A stretch of 64,000 nucleotides of DNA. Origin: Nitrospirota bacterium. GTDB taxonomy: Bacteria; Nitrospirota; UBA9217. The stretch is taken from the NCBI GenBank assembly GCA_963740085.1, contig CAVUCU010000001.1, positions 352,001-416,000 of the forward strand, given 5' to 3'. Below, piece after piece: positions 37,851-48,124 of this stretch. The notes below the pieces were generated by a model. The model was not told the origin of the DNA. It saw only the letters and a program-made list of their open reading frames with translations, and searched no databases. The translations under genes and the position numbers were made by a program. Position 1 is the first letter of the stretch. The number at the start of each line of letters is the position of its first letter.

Positions 37851-38495
37851 GTGAACAAGACCGAAGTGCTGTGCGACAGGGACAGGGCAATGCTTGCCGC
37901 ATTCAGCAAACGCGCGTTCGCACACATCACCGGCCGGTCGCTCAAGGCCCTGCCTCTTCCCTTTGTCAGCGAATATATGAACGCGAATATCATGAAAGAG
38001 GTTGAAAAGGACCGGATCATCATTGAGCAGGCGGCGGCCGCTTTCAAGGCCGGTACACGCATTGAAGAACTGGCAGTGGACGATATTATTGAAATGACCA
38101 GGACCGTGGACAAGGTCTTCGTCAAAGGGCTCATGATCCCGTCGCTGGTGATCAAGGTGAGATATGAAGACATCGCGGATATCAGAAAAAAGAGGATCAG
38201 ATGCCTTGCAAAAGCGGTCTTCAGCCTGATGGATAATTGGACGGATTCGCTCTCATTCGAGACCAGGATACGGCAGGTCTATTCTGAGCAGGAATTCAAA
38301 GCAATCATGACCGAGTTCCTCCATTTATACAATCAGGAAGTCAGGGCGCTCAGCAGATCGATCAAATTCCTGAATCTCTTCAGCACGGCAATCGAGTTCT
38401 TTGCCGACATCATCTTTGAGGTCATGGAAGCGGCGGCAAAAGAGCAGACGGCGGATTGCTTAATAAATATATTCGGAGAGAAAAGCGATGCCTAA
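37851..38495 (+). CDS. Hypothetical protein, translationally coupled to the radical SAM gene
   Basis: 214-aa ORF overlapping the next ATG by 8 nt; no family recognised. Confidence 0.7.
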   Translation: MNKTEVLCDRDRAMLAAFSKRAFAHITGRSLKALPLPFVSEYMNANIMKEVEKDRIIIEQAAAAFKAGTRIEELAVDDIIEMTRTVDKVFVKGLMIPSLVIKVRYEDIADIRKKRIRCLAKAVFSLMDNWTDSLSFETRIRQVYSEQEFKAIMTEFLHLYNQEVRALSRSIKFLNLFSTAIEFFADIIFEVMEAAAKEQTADCLINIFGEKSDA

Positions 38496-40239
38496 GCCGG
38501 ACCTCATACTGCTTCATCCACCGAGCGTTTTCAAGTTCAGAGAGCTGCCTCTCTTCTTCGGTCCGGTCAGTGATGTCGTGCCCTCGTCGGCAATATTTGA
38601 GATCTATCCCATCGGGTTCCTCACCCTGTCCGACTACCTTGACCGGCACGGCATATCGGTGCGGATCATCAATATTGCCTTGAAAATGCTCCGGAACGCG
38701 TCATTCGATCCGGGGCCGTATATCCAGCGGCTTGATGCCATGGCCTTCGGGATCGACCTCCACTGGCTCCCCCATGTAGACGGCAGCCTGAGCCTGGCAG
38801 AGCTCGTCAAAAAACACCATCCGGACACCCCGGTCATCCTCGGCGGACTCAGCGCAACCTATTATCACGAAGAGATCATGCGCGACTATCCTTTTGTGGA
38901 CTTTATCGTCTGCGGCGACTCCACCGAGGAACCACTCCGTCAGCTCATGGAAGCGATCCGTTCCGGTTCAGGGTATGAGAACGTACAGAACCTGGTCTGG
39001 CGGGACAGGACGGGAAGCATGAGGGTGAATGATCGGACCTTTCAACCGAAGGACCTTGATTACGTCAACTTCAATTACCCCCATCTCCTGAAGATGGCGA
39101 TCAAATATCTCGATCCGACCAGTTCCATCCCGTTCAAGTACTGGCTCAGTTATCCGGTCACCGCCATCTTCTCGGTGCGGGGATGCGGTCACAACTGCGG
39201 CACCTGCGGAGGCTCCCTTTCCGCCTTCAACAAGGTCTGCATGAGAAAACAACCCATCTTCCGGTCCCCGGAACTCGTTGTAGAGGATATCCGCACCATC
39301 GCCGAATACACGGGCGCGCCCATGATCGTGCTGGGCGACCTGCTCCAGGCCGGACGGGATTACAGCAACCGTTTCCTGAACGCCATAAAGAAGCACCGCA
39401 TCAGGAACGAGATCTGCATCGAGTTCTTCAGCCCCCCGCCCGTTGATTTCCTCGAAAAGGTCGCAGATTCAATAACAAACTTCAACGTCGAGATATCGCC
39501 GGAATCACACGATGTCGCCGTCAGAAAGACCTTCGGGAAGGACTACAGCAACGCGGCGCTGGAACAGATGATCGAAACGCTCATTCGCCTCGGGTGCAAC
39601 CGGATCGACCTCTTCTTCATGGTCGGACTTCCCCATCAGGACTACGCATCGGTCATGGAGACCGTGAAATACTGCGGTTCTCTCCTTGCGCATTACGGCG
39701 GCAATGGAACGCGGGGCAGGGTCCTCCCCCTGCTTGCGCCGCTTGCGCCCTTCATCGATCCCGGCAGCAGCATCTTTGAGGACCCGGAAAAATACGGATA
39801 TCGTTTCTTCTCCCGGACCTTGAAAGAACACCGGCAGGCCATGCTGATGCCGAGCTGGAAATATTCGCTGAACTACGAGACGAAATGGATGACGCGCGAT
39901 GAGATAGTGAAGGCCACCTATGACGGGGCGCTGGCACTCCTCGAGCTGAAGGAGCGGTATGGGGCAATCAAAGCAGGGAATGCGTCGAGGGTGCGGGACC
40001 ATCTCCAGCGTGCGATGCGGTTGAACGAAAAGATCACTGACCCGGGAAATATCGACGATGCGCTGCGCGAAGAGATCTTCAGCCTGAACACCGTGGACTC
40101 CATCAGCGGCAAGCACGAACTCGACTGGTCAATCAAGGGGTGGAAGGTGAATGTGCTGAGCTTGTTAAAACTGCTGTTAAAACCCGCAAAAAAAGACCCC
40201 GGCAAGCCGCTCCTGCCGTTCACGGGCAATGAACCTTAA
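38488..40239 (+). CDS. B12-binding domain / radical SAM protein (Ta0216, TIGR04190-like)
   Basis: LLHPPSV...GPVSDVVPS..FEIYPIGF, GIDLHWLPH, GGLSAT, RGCGHNCGTC (CxxxCxxC), ISPESHD and PFIDPGS. Confidence 0.85.
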   Translation: MPKPDLILLHPPSVFKFRELPLFFGPVSDVVPSSAIFEIYPIGFLTLSDYLDRHGISVRIINIALKMLRNASFDPGPYIQRLDAMAFGIDLHWLPHVDGSLSLAELVKKHHPDTPVILGGLSATYYHEEIMRDYPFVDFIVCGDSTEEPLRQLMEAIRSGSGYENVQNLVWRDRTGSMRVNDRTFQPKDLDYVNFNYPHLLKMAIKYLDPTSSIPFKYWLSYPVTAIFSVRGCGHNCGTCGGSLSAFNKVCMRKQPIFRSPELVVEDIRTIAEYTGAPMIVLGDLLQAGRDYSNRFLNAIKKHRIRNEICIEFFSPPPVDFLEKVADSITNFNVEISPESHDVAVRKTFGKDYSNAALEQMIETLIRLGCNRIDLFFMVGLPHQDYASVMETVKYCGSLLAHYGGNGTRGRVLPLLAPLAPFIDPGSSIFEDPEKYGYRFFSRTLKEHRQAMLMPSWKYSLNYETKWMTRDEIVKATYDGALALLELKERYGAIKAGNASRVRDHLQRAMRLNEKITDPGNIDDALREEIFSLNTVDSISGKHELDWSIKGWKVNVLSLLKLLLKPAKKDPGKPLLPFTGNEP

Positions 40240-40468
40240 AAGAGTATTTAGACACGGAAGAATCGGATTCAACATATGATAAAAGCGGATTAATATAGAG
40301 TCTATCTTCGTTATAGCCCGTCAGCCTCCGTGTGAAGCGCTTTTCTGGTAAATAAAAATCCGATGTTGTCCGACTCTTGTCCGCATTTATCCGTGGCAAA
40401 TGCCGTATCCAGGATGGTCCCGCATATTGCCGGACGACTGATGCCGCACTCCTGTCTCAGAACAATCC

Positions 40469-40768
40469 TTACAACTTGAGCACATTTTTAAAAAACCTGT
40501 TCATGATAAGACCACCGGCAGCGCCAATCACAGCGCCAAAACCAGCCAGGAACACCATCACCATGGCGAGAACGAGCCCGACCGCGAAAACGTTCTGTCC
40601 CCATGCCGGTCCGAACATCCTGGTCACATCCTTGGCTGCCGCGTCCCACCAGGTCCCCTGCAAAGAACCGGAGAGGAAAGTATCCATGGACAGCGCCGTC
40701 CCAAGCGTAGCCAGGGCGCCGATTGCCGCACCGATGATGACCGCCTTTTTAAGTCCTGGATCGCTCAT
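40469..40768 (-). CDS. Small membrane protein
   Basis: Gly/Ala-rich TM segments, GTWWDA; SD GGAGGAG. Confidence 0.7.
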   Translation of the reverse strand: MSDPGLKKAVIIGAAIGALATLGTALSMDTFLSGSLQGTWWDAAAKDVTRMFGPAWGQNVFAVGLVLAMVMVFLAGFGAVIGAAGGLIMNRFFKNVLKL

Positions 40769-41091
40769 CGCGCTCCTCCTCCCCTGGCCCGCGCCCTTTG
40801 GCCGCGACTAATTCCAAATCAAACAATTTTTCAGATTCCGGAGGATAGCAACCAGACGTTCCGGTTGCATCCTTCCAGCTATTACGATTCAGTGCTGCCA
40901 GCGAGGCTCGTGTAGATGAACAAGGGGATCGCTAGCCCCCTCGATAACACCGAAAATCCGTTATTGAATAGCCCCATAGATAACACCGGATTTGCGGCGT
41001 TCTCTAGTTTAGCAATGATTATGCCATGTTGGTTTCAATACTCAAGACAAAAATATATTCCTGATTCACGGCGATGTCCGGTCAATCCGGA

Positions 41092-42243
41092 TCAGTTCAT
41101 ACTGCCTTTTTCCAGCAGATCATAGATCGCCGTATAAAGACGCCACCCTCCCAGGGCATACCGTTGGTACAAATGGTACAGTGCGCTTGCCGACGGCTCG
41201 AAAGGGCCGCTGTGCATGAGCTGCGGCAGGAGCGCAAGATGTACCTGACTCTTGTCGACCACGGCATCGGCAAGCCTCATGCTCTCCGTATAGGGGATGG
41301 AATAATCATCAATCCCGTGGATAATGATGAATGAGGCTTTGATATATTTTATCGCCCGTGACGGAGACAGCTGATAGACATATTCCCTCACCCGCAACGG
41401 GAGGTTCTCATAGAGCGGGGTGAAGCGTTCCTGGTCAATATTAACGAGAAAAGCATGAAGCGCCTTGCCCTCCGGACCGAGGGATTTTGCAAGCGATTCG
41501 GCGGCTGCAATCTCGTATCGGTTCCGCTTTTCGACGATCGTCCTGAACTTTTCGCGGTCATCTGACGAACGCAGAAGATCGAGATTCTTGTATGCGAGCA
41601 TCCATCTGAGCGAGGATTCCGGCCTGACGTATCCCCGATATCCCCCGTACTCATAAACACCGGTCAGCGCGAAGGACAGCACATTGCGGAGGTCGTAATA
41701 CCCTCCGACGGTAGCGACCACGCTGACCTTGTCGCGTATCCGCGGGTCCGCCGAGGCCAGCAGCAGAGGCCCCGCCCCGCAACTTATGCCCATCATGCCC
41801 CCTCGAGATCCGGCATGCACCAACCCGCTCAGGTACAGGAAGCTTTGGACGATGTCCTCGGCGTCGGTAATCCTGATCCGAAGGGTCTTCACGCCCTCGA
41901 GATCGGGAACCAGGACAAGGAATCCTGCCCGCGCCAGATCTTTGGCCAGGAGCACGAGTCGTTCATCATCCTTGCCCAGCGGGTTCACGCCGTGAACGAG
42001 GAGCAGCGGGAACTGTCTGCCTCGCCGGTGAGGACGATAGAGATCGGCGTGAATTATCCGACCCCCGTTCCGAACCATCACCTTCGTCTTCATCGGTCCG
42101 TCGATGAGTTTCCCCATTATGGCCTTCTCCGGGGAACGCACGCTGTCGATAAGGATGAGAAGGCTCAGGCACCCCCGCTTGATCTGGGCGGAAAACAGGA
42201 ATCCGATGATGACAAGCGCGGAAAAGAAGATGATCTTTTTCAT
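41092..42243 (-). CDS. Alpha/beta-fold hydrolase with N-terminal anchor
   Basis: LVHG, GISCGA (GxSxG), IHGIDD and late His. Confidence 0.75.
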   Translation of the reverse strand: MKKIIFFSALVIIGFLFSAQIKRGCLSLLILIDSVRSPEKAIMGKLIDGPMKTKVMVRNGGRIIHADLYRPHRRGRQFPLLLVHGVNPLGKDDERLVLLAKDLARAGFLVLVPDLEGVKTLRIRITDAEDIVQSFLYLSGLVHAGSRGGMMGISCGAGPLLLASADPRIRDKVSVVATVGGYYDLRNVLSFALTGVYEYGGYRGYVRPESSLRWMLAYKNLDLLRSSDDREKFRTIVEKRNRYEIAAAESLAKSLGPEGKALHAFLVNIDQERFTPLYENLPLRVREYVYQLSPSRAIKYIKASFIIIHGIDDYSIPYTESMRLADAVVDKSQVHLALLPQLMHSGPFEPSASALYHLYQRYALGGWRLYTAIYDLLEKGSMN

Positions 42244-42326
42244 GATAACAAACCTTCAGCCATCATCGGCTTTATTCTGTCTTCTGTCGTCTTGCTCCTG
42301 ATGTCAACCCCCGGACCCAGTACGCT

Positions 42327-42980
42327 TTATTTCAATATCACTCCGGTCTTGCGGGACCACAGCAGCAGGTCCAGGTGGTCCATGTCGATGCCGATCTCTT
42401 TGGCGAATTGTTCAAGCTTTGTCTCGATCGCGAGGTAGCCCGCGCGCGTCGTCGGACGCATACGCGAGCTGATCACCCCCATCTCGCGGAGGCTGTTCAG
42501 AATGTGTTTGTCAAGAATAGCATAGCCGGGAAAACCGATATTGCGGAGAAAATGGCTCGCTTCTTTATATCCTATCCCTTTTATGCCCTTGTTCTTCGCG
42601 AAAAAATCGCGACGGGCGTCGCGACATTCGAAAGAACCGATCAACCGTTTGAGCTTCCGCCCGCATGTCTCATCGAGATATTCCCTTGTATGGACGATGT
42701 AGGACGGCCGCAGGCGCCAGAACCTGACGCTGTGCGCTCGTGCGCGCTGCCGGAGTTCCTTCTCGGTGCCGCTTCTGAGGATATCCTTGAGCGCCTGCAC
42801 CGTGCGCATGCCCATTTTCGCGCTGCTGCCCGCGGTGAGGATACAGTAGCAGAGTTCTTCGAAGATCGCCCGGTCGCCCTTCTCGTACACTTTCCTGAAC
42901 TCGGCGAGCCGTTGAACAATCAGTGGTTTTTTTATCCGGTAGTCCCGCCTCAGCTCGTTAATGAGTTCTCTTCCAGGCAT
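42327..42980 (-). CDS. ogg: 8-oxoguanine DNA glycosylase/AP lyase (OGG2 type)
   Basis: ELCYCILT, KGIGYKEASHFLRNIG, AILDKH and LDLLLW..KTG. Confidence 0.9.
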   Translation of the reverse strand: MPGRELINELRRDYRIKKPLIVQRLAEFRKVYEKGDRAIFEELCYCILTAGSSAKMGMRTVQALKDILRSGTEKELRQRARAHSVRFWRLRPSYIVHTREYLDETCGRKLKRLIGSFECRDARRDFFAKNKGIKGIGYKEASHFLRNIGFPGYAILDKHILNSLREMGVISSRMRPTTRAGYLAIETKLEQFAKEIGIDMDHLDLLLWSRKTGVILK

Positions 42981-43326
42981 TATAACCGCCCTTCAGGTTG
43001 ATGCAGTTCTTGTAACCCATGCCCATCAGCCGCTTGATGGCCCAGATGCTCCGGTTGCCGTTCTGACAATACACGACCAGCTCTTTGTCCTTTTTGAGCT
43101 TCTTGATCTTGTCACCGATGTCCGACAACGGCACGTGAACCGAACCCGGGATGTGCCCTCTCTCGTATTCCTTGTCCGTGCTGACATCGAGAATTATCAT
43201 GCCCTTTTTCCGATCGAGCTCCTTCGGCGAGATCTGCCGGATCCCCCAGCGTCCCATAACACCGAACAATTTGAAAATAAGATAGATCGCGATTATGCTT
43301 ATCAGTATCGTTGATGCTGTATCCAA
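42958..43326 (-). CDS. Membrane-anchored rhodanese domain protein
   Basis: N-terminal TM, GHIPGS, YCQNGNRS and LKGGYNAW. Confidence 0.85.
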   Translation of the reverse strand: MDTASTILISIIAIYLIFKLFGVMGRWGIRQISPKELDRKKGMIILDVSTDKEYERGHIPGSVHVPLSDIGDKIKKLKKDKELVVYCQNGNRSIWAIKRLMGMGYKNCINLKGGYNAWKRTH

Positions 43327-43444
43327 GATGACCCCCTCCTATAGGCCCGGAGTGCAGCCAATCCCGCCTTCGATTGTGCTGTTCCGAACTCTGAACTGTT
43401 CGACTCATGCTCATTGATCCGACTTTGCCCGCATCGTGAGCCGG

Positions 43445-45691
43445 TCAAACGACATCGCGAGTGTCAGTCGAATGATCCGAACTACGAACGCTGTGCTCCG
43501 GACTCTGAAATTCCGTGCTCTTCGCCGCTACCGGCAGTTCTATCGTGAACCGCGCGCCGCGCGGGTCGTTCTGTGACACGCTGATCATACCGCTGTGGTC
43601 CTTGATGATCCTGAGAACGATAGCCAGGCCCAGTCCGCTCTTCTTCTTCTTTCGTGAAAAATCCGGCTGGAACAGCTTTGGCACATCCTCAGCCGCTATT
43701 CCCGGCCCTTCATCGGCGATATCGATCTGCGCCATGCCGGAAGAGGCCATCTTCGCCGTAACCAGGATCTTGCCCTTGCCCTCCATGGCCTCCACCGCGT
43801 TTTCAAAAAGATTAATGAATACCCGTTTGATCTGCTCACGGTCAAGGAAGACCTCCGGCAGGTCCGGCATGATGTCCTTCACGAACACAATATCCCTGTG
43901 CGCACCGCTGTAAAGCTGCACCACGCTCTCAAGCACCGGCGCGAGAGGTTGAAGTGTCGGGTTAGAGCTCGGCATGCGGGCGAAGTTCGCGAACTCGTCC
44001 ACGAGCTTCCGCAGGCCGTCGGCCTCGTGTACGATTGTCAGGCTGCACTCGTCGAAGACGGCATTGAAATCCGGGGCGCCTTCCGCGTGTTTCTTGCGCA
44101 GCCGCTCGGCGGAAAGCTTGATGGGGGTGAGCGGGTTCTTGAACTCGTGGGCGATCCGTCTCGCCACGTCCTGCCAGGTCTCTGCCTTCTTGGCGCGCAG
44201 CAGTTCCGTGAGGTCATCGAAGGTGATGACCGAGCCGATGGGTGTTCCGCTGCCGTCCCTGAGAGTGGAGATGCGCATCCGGAGGGTCAGCATCCTGCCC
44301 CGCACGTTGAGCGATAATTCCTCCTCTGCGCGGCCCTGACCCTGCTCAAGCTTGCGGAACAGACTGCGTATCGGATCCAGCTCGAGGAACCCGAAGGCCT
44401 CGTCGTACCGCTTGCCGAGCACGTCCTGCTCCTGGATGCCGATGATCTCCGATGCCGATTGGTTGACCGTCGTGATCCTCCCTCCCCGGTCAATGGACAC
44501 GACCCCGGTCTCGATATTCGAGAGTATCGTCTTCTTGTAGTTGATCTCCTGCTCGACCTGCTCCCGGGAGTACTGGAGGTCATGGGTCATCTTGTTGAAC
44601 GAGGCGATCAGAACCCCTACCTCGTCATCGGACTTTTCATCGATCCGGTAATCGAACCTGCCCGCCGCCACCGCTGCGGTCCCCTCGGCCAGCTTCCTGA
44701 TCGGCACCGTGATGCCGGCCGCCACGCGAAGCGCCACCCAGATCGCTGCGAGGAGAAGCGCCAGCGTGACAGAAAGGAAAGCGAGCCGGTAAGACAGCTT
44801 TATCGGGTCTTTCTTGCTGAACGCCGACCGGTACTGTGCATACCCTTCTCGAATACTATCCGACTTTGCAGCCAGGCTCTCGGGAATATAAAAACTGACG
44901 GCGACCGCCGCAGCAACTCGCTTTCCTTCTCCTGATGGTAAAGGTTCGTAAAGCGGGACGATTGCCCGCATGATGTCGCCCTTCCTCGGCGACCCCGTCA
45001 CATCTGCCGCCTCCTCTCCCGCAAAGGCCCTGTCCACGAGATCGGCAGACGTCTGGGTAAAGGTTTTCGGGGGATACTGACGCGTAACAACGACCACTGC
45101 CCGCTCGCGGGGGGAAGTGAAAAGTTCGATCGAGCCCAGGCCGTACTCCACGGCCTTCCTCGTCAGATAATCCTTGAGCACCTGATTCTCGAACTGGGGC
45201 AAGAGCCTGGCGTCGGCCATCTGACTGCTGATCTGTCTGCTGAAAACAGTGGCCTCTTTCTGGAGACGATTGTAATACTCCTGGGCGACCGAGACCGAGT
45301 CCTTAAGTGAGTTCTCGATCCTGAGGCTGAAAAGTCGTTCGATGCTCCTGGTGAATATCCCGCTCCCGATCAAAAAGAGGAGCACCGGCGGAATGAACGA
45401 CAGGCTGACGAAGGCGAAGACCAGTTTGGTCCTGAACCGCGCCCCCAGCACTCCCTGTCTCCGCTCCATCCAGAGTTTCCAAAGACTCCGGGCCATCATA
45501 AAGATGACCGCTGCCAGGAGCAGGATGTTCGCATTGATGAGTATGAAGATCAGGATATTGTCGGATAGCGGTCCTTCAAAACCGCGGTATTGGAGCTCAA
45601 GCACAATGGCGAGAGCGGTCAGGAGGAGAAAAGAAACGAGATAGAGCACGCCCCTCCACCCGCCATTGCCCTCTTGAGTGATCAACCTCAT
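43445..45691 (-). CDS. NtrY-like sensor histidine kinase (HAMP-PAS-HisKA-HATPase)
   Basis: WQDVARRIAHEFKNPLTPI, NLFENA, DEGPGI and GLGL; start taken at MRLITQ (45691). Confidence 0.9.
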   Translation of the reverse strand: MRLITQEGNGGWRGVLYLVSFLLLTALAIVLELQYRGFEGPLSDNILIFILINANILLLAAVIFMMARSLWKLWMERRQGVLGARFRTKLVFAFVSLSFIPPVLLFLIGSGIFTRSIERLFSLRIENSLKDSVSVAQEYYNRLQKEATVFSRQISSQMADARLLPQFENQVLKDYLTRKAVEYGLGSIELFTSPRERAVVVVTRQYPPKTFTQTSADLVDRAFAGEEAADVTGSPRKGDIMRAIVPLYEPLPSGEGKRVAAAVAVSFYIPESLAAKSDSIREGYAQYRSAFSKKDPIKLSYRLAFLSVTLALLLAAIWVALRVAAGITVPIRKLAEGTAAVAAGRFDYRIDEKSDDEVGVLIASFNKMTHDLQYSREQVEQEINYKKTILSNIETGVVSIDRGGRITTVNQSASEIIGIQEQDVLGKRYDEAFGFLELDPIRSLFRKLEQGQGRAEEELSLNVRGRMLTLRMRISTLRDGSGTPIGSVITFDDLTELLRAKKAETWQDVARRIAHEFKNPLTPIKLSAERLRKKHAEGAPDFNAVFDECSLTIVHEADGLRKLVDEFANFARMPSSNPTLQPLAPVLESVVQLYSGAHRDIVFVKDIMPDLPEVFLDREQIKRVFINLFENAVEAMEGKGKILVTAKMASSGMAQIDIADEGPGIAAEDVPKLFQPDFSRKKKKSGLGLAIVLRIIKDHSGMISVSQNDPRGARFTIELPVAAKSTEFQSPEHSVRSSDHSTDTRDVV

Positions 45692-45890
45692 AGTATCGGA
45701 AGAATACCAAAAAGACCCGCCAAAAGCAAGGTCTGGTTTTGGCCGTTGTTTGATTAATTCTCTTGACAAACAAGAGGTTTCTCGTATATCTTCTAAGAAA
45801 ATAATCCGCAAGAAGACCCGATCCCCGTTCACCGGGGAGGATGACGGAAAAGAAAAAACTATCAGTTGCCGGGAACATAAGGAGGCAGGA

Positions 45891-47204
45891 ATGACCACAC
45901 GGTGGAAACACTCCATACTATCGCTTTATATCGTTCTTATCCCCATGCTCTTCTCCTGCGCTTCTCATATCCAGCAAGATAAAGAAGGAGTACCTCCTGC
46001 GGCGGCTGCGCCGCAGGTTGAGGCGCCTGCGCCTGTAGCAGAATCCGCGGTAGTCGAGCCCGCGCCCGCAATACCGGAATCCGCGCCCTCTGCGACCGCC
46101 CCTGCAGCAATAGAAATTGCGCCCGTTGAGCCGGCGCCCGCGGCAATGGAAACCGAGGCGGTCGAGCCCGGACCCGCAATGGAACTTCACCCCTATACCA
46201 TCAAAAAGGGAGACACTCTCTGGGACATCGCAAATGCTTTTTTCAAAGACCCCTTCCTTTGGCCTTTCATCTGGAAGGCAAACCCGGCCGTCACCAACCC
46301 GGACCTCATCTTCGCCGGGAACAAACTGATAATCCCCGGTCTCGCGCCGATCCAACAGGCATTGCAGGCTGAAGCAGCGCCGACGGAGCCGGCTGCCGAA
46401 AAGCAGGAACCCGCCAAAGAGGCGGCGCCCGTCGAAGGGCTCGAGTCAGCCCATGTTACCAGCCCGAAACCGGTCCCCCCCGGTGCTGCCGAGGAGATGC
46501 CGGCAGGGGGAAACAGACTCATCATGCCCGAGGAGCAGATCTATCCTATTATCGACAAATACGCCATGCTCAGTGCGGGTTTCGTGAGTGATGAAAAAAC
46601 AGGAGACATCATCTCCGGGTCGCCGGAGAATGGCAAATCAGTTTTCGGTTACGATGACATCGTGTATGTCTCGATGCGCGATGCCGAAAATGTAAAGATC
46701 GGGGACAAGTTTCTCGTTTATACCCACAAACAAGATGTCAAACACCCCAAAACAGGCAAGAACTTCGGGAAACTCATCAAGGGACTCGGCATACTCCAGA
46801 TCACGGCCAAGGACCCCGCAGCGAAAGTTCTTACCGCGCGGATTACGCTCTCCTTCGATGAGATGGAAAAAGGCAACATGCTGACCCCCTATCAGGAGCC
46901 GACGCTTATCTATTATTCATCGCAAAAGAAGGCCAAGGACATTTCGGGCTATATTCTCGAAGTAATGGACAGGCGCAGCATCAATGCCCAGACCGATGTC
47001 GTGTATCTTGACAAGGGCACTGCGGACGGTGTTGAACCCGGAGACCGATTTATCGTATATGACGAACCAACCAAGCGGGGCTTCCCGCGAAAAGTGATCG
47101 GTGAAGTACAAGTGATCCTTGTGAAAGAGAAGACCTCGACCGCGGTAGTTAAAAAAAGCTCCGAGCCCATGGGCAGAGGCAATGCTGTTGCTTTCGAACA
47201 ATAG
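45891..47204 (+). CDS. LysM peptidoglycan-binding lipoprotein
   Basis: Lipobox LFSC, Pro/Ala-rich linker and YTIKKGDTLWDIA...NPDLIFAG. Confidence 0.85.
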   Translation: MTTRWKHSILSLYIVLIPMLFSCASHIQQDKEGVPPAAAAPQVEAPAPVAESAVVEPAPAIPESAPSATAPAAIEIAPVEPAPAAMETEAVEPGPAMELHPYTIKKGDTLWDIANAFFKDPFLWPFIWKANPAVTNPDLIFAGNKLIIPGLAPIQQALQAEAAPTEPAAEKQEPAKEAAPVEGLESAHVTSPKPVPPGAAEEMPAGGNRLIMPEEQIYPIIDKYAMLSAGFVSDEKTGDIISGSPENGKSVFGYDDIVYVSMRDAENVKIGDKFLVYTHKQDVKHPKTGKNFGKLIKGLGILQITAKDPAAKVLTARITLSFDEMEKGNMLTPYQEPTLIYYSSQKKAKDISGYILEVMDRRSINAQTDVVYLDKGTADGVEPGDRFIVYDEPTKRGFPRKVIGEVQVILVKEKTSTAVVKKSSEPMGRGNAVAFEQ

Positions 47205-47313
47205 GGTCTGGCATGCTGCCAGGCGTATTTTCCGGGTCTTTTCCGCTGGAGTGGCCGGGTTTTACTTGGATTTACGGATGAAAAGCAGATATTTCAGCAA
47301 AGACCGACAGCCG

Positions 47314-48054
47314 CTATTTGATTGTCGGTGACGCATTCGGATCGAAGGGATTCGTTCTCACGGCAAACGAGAACAGGTATGGGTAGTCGTGCTTCAGATG
47401 TCTCATGTAGGCAAGCCATTCGACAATGAGGATGGCATAGGCCCGCTTGATATCTCCGGCTATGTGCATGCCGTCCGCCGGCGGCAGATTCCGCAAGTCT
47501 TCGCGTACAGCCAGTTCCTCGGACAGATGGAACACCGCCCAGAGAAGTTCGGTAAAGGTCTCGTGCTCGAGCAGGTTTGGATTCTCGAGCAATCCGAGCA
47601 GAAATTTCCGCTTCCCCGTTAAAATGGTTTTGAGCGCCTCCAGATCACTGCCGGCATACTGTATCCCGAATTCATTGCCGCGAACCCGCTTGATAACAGC
47701 CGCAAACTGTCGGTCCGTCCAGTCCCCCTGTATCAAAAGCTCTTCTCTGATCCCGTCGATATTCTGATCGAACGCTGCGAATGACCTGAGAAGCGTTGTC
47801 CCCACCTCGCTGAAGAACGTTCCGATGACCATGTTCAGTTTGTTCAACATCGAGAGCTTCTCGCGCACATTCAGCAGTTGGTTCAGGATCAGGGTGACCA
47901 GCAGGACCTGAATCGGGATAAAAGCGAGGTCCTGAAACAAGTAAAAGTACGTATCTCGCGGCGAATGAAAGATCCTGATCTGGACATCGTACAGGATGAC
48001 CGACACTGCCACCAGCATTATTCCTAATATAATCTGCCATTTTACGCGATTCAT
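47314..48054 (-). CDS. Conserved hypothetical membrane protein
   Basis: Two N-terminal TMs; LNMVIGTFFSEVG, LENPNLLEHE and YPYLFS..VRTNPF. Confidence 0.75.
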   Translation of the reverse strand: MNRVKWQIILGIMLVAVSVILYDVQIRIFHSPRDTYFYLFQDLAFIPIQVLLVTLILNQLLNVREKLSMLNKLNMVIGTFFSEVGTTLLRSFAAFDQNIDGIREELLIQGDWTDRQFAAVIKRVRGNEFGIQYAGSDLEALKTILTGKRKFLLGLLENPNLLEHETFTELLWAVFHLSEELAVREDLRNLPPADGMHIAGDIKRAYAILIVEWLAYMRHLKHDYPYLFSFAVRTNPFDPNASPTIK

Positions 48055-48124
48055 CCCCGGTCTCCCTCACCGTATAGAAACAATCAGGATTCTGATATAC
48101 CCCGCATGAAAAATCAACCGACGA

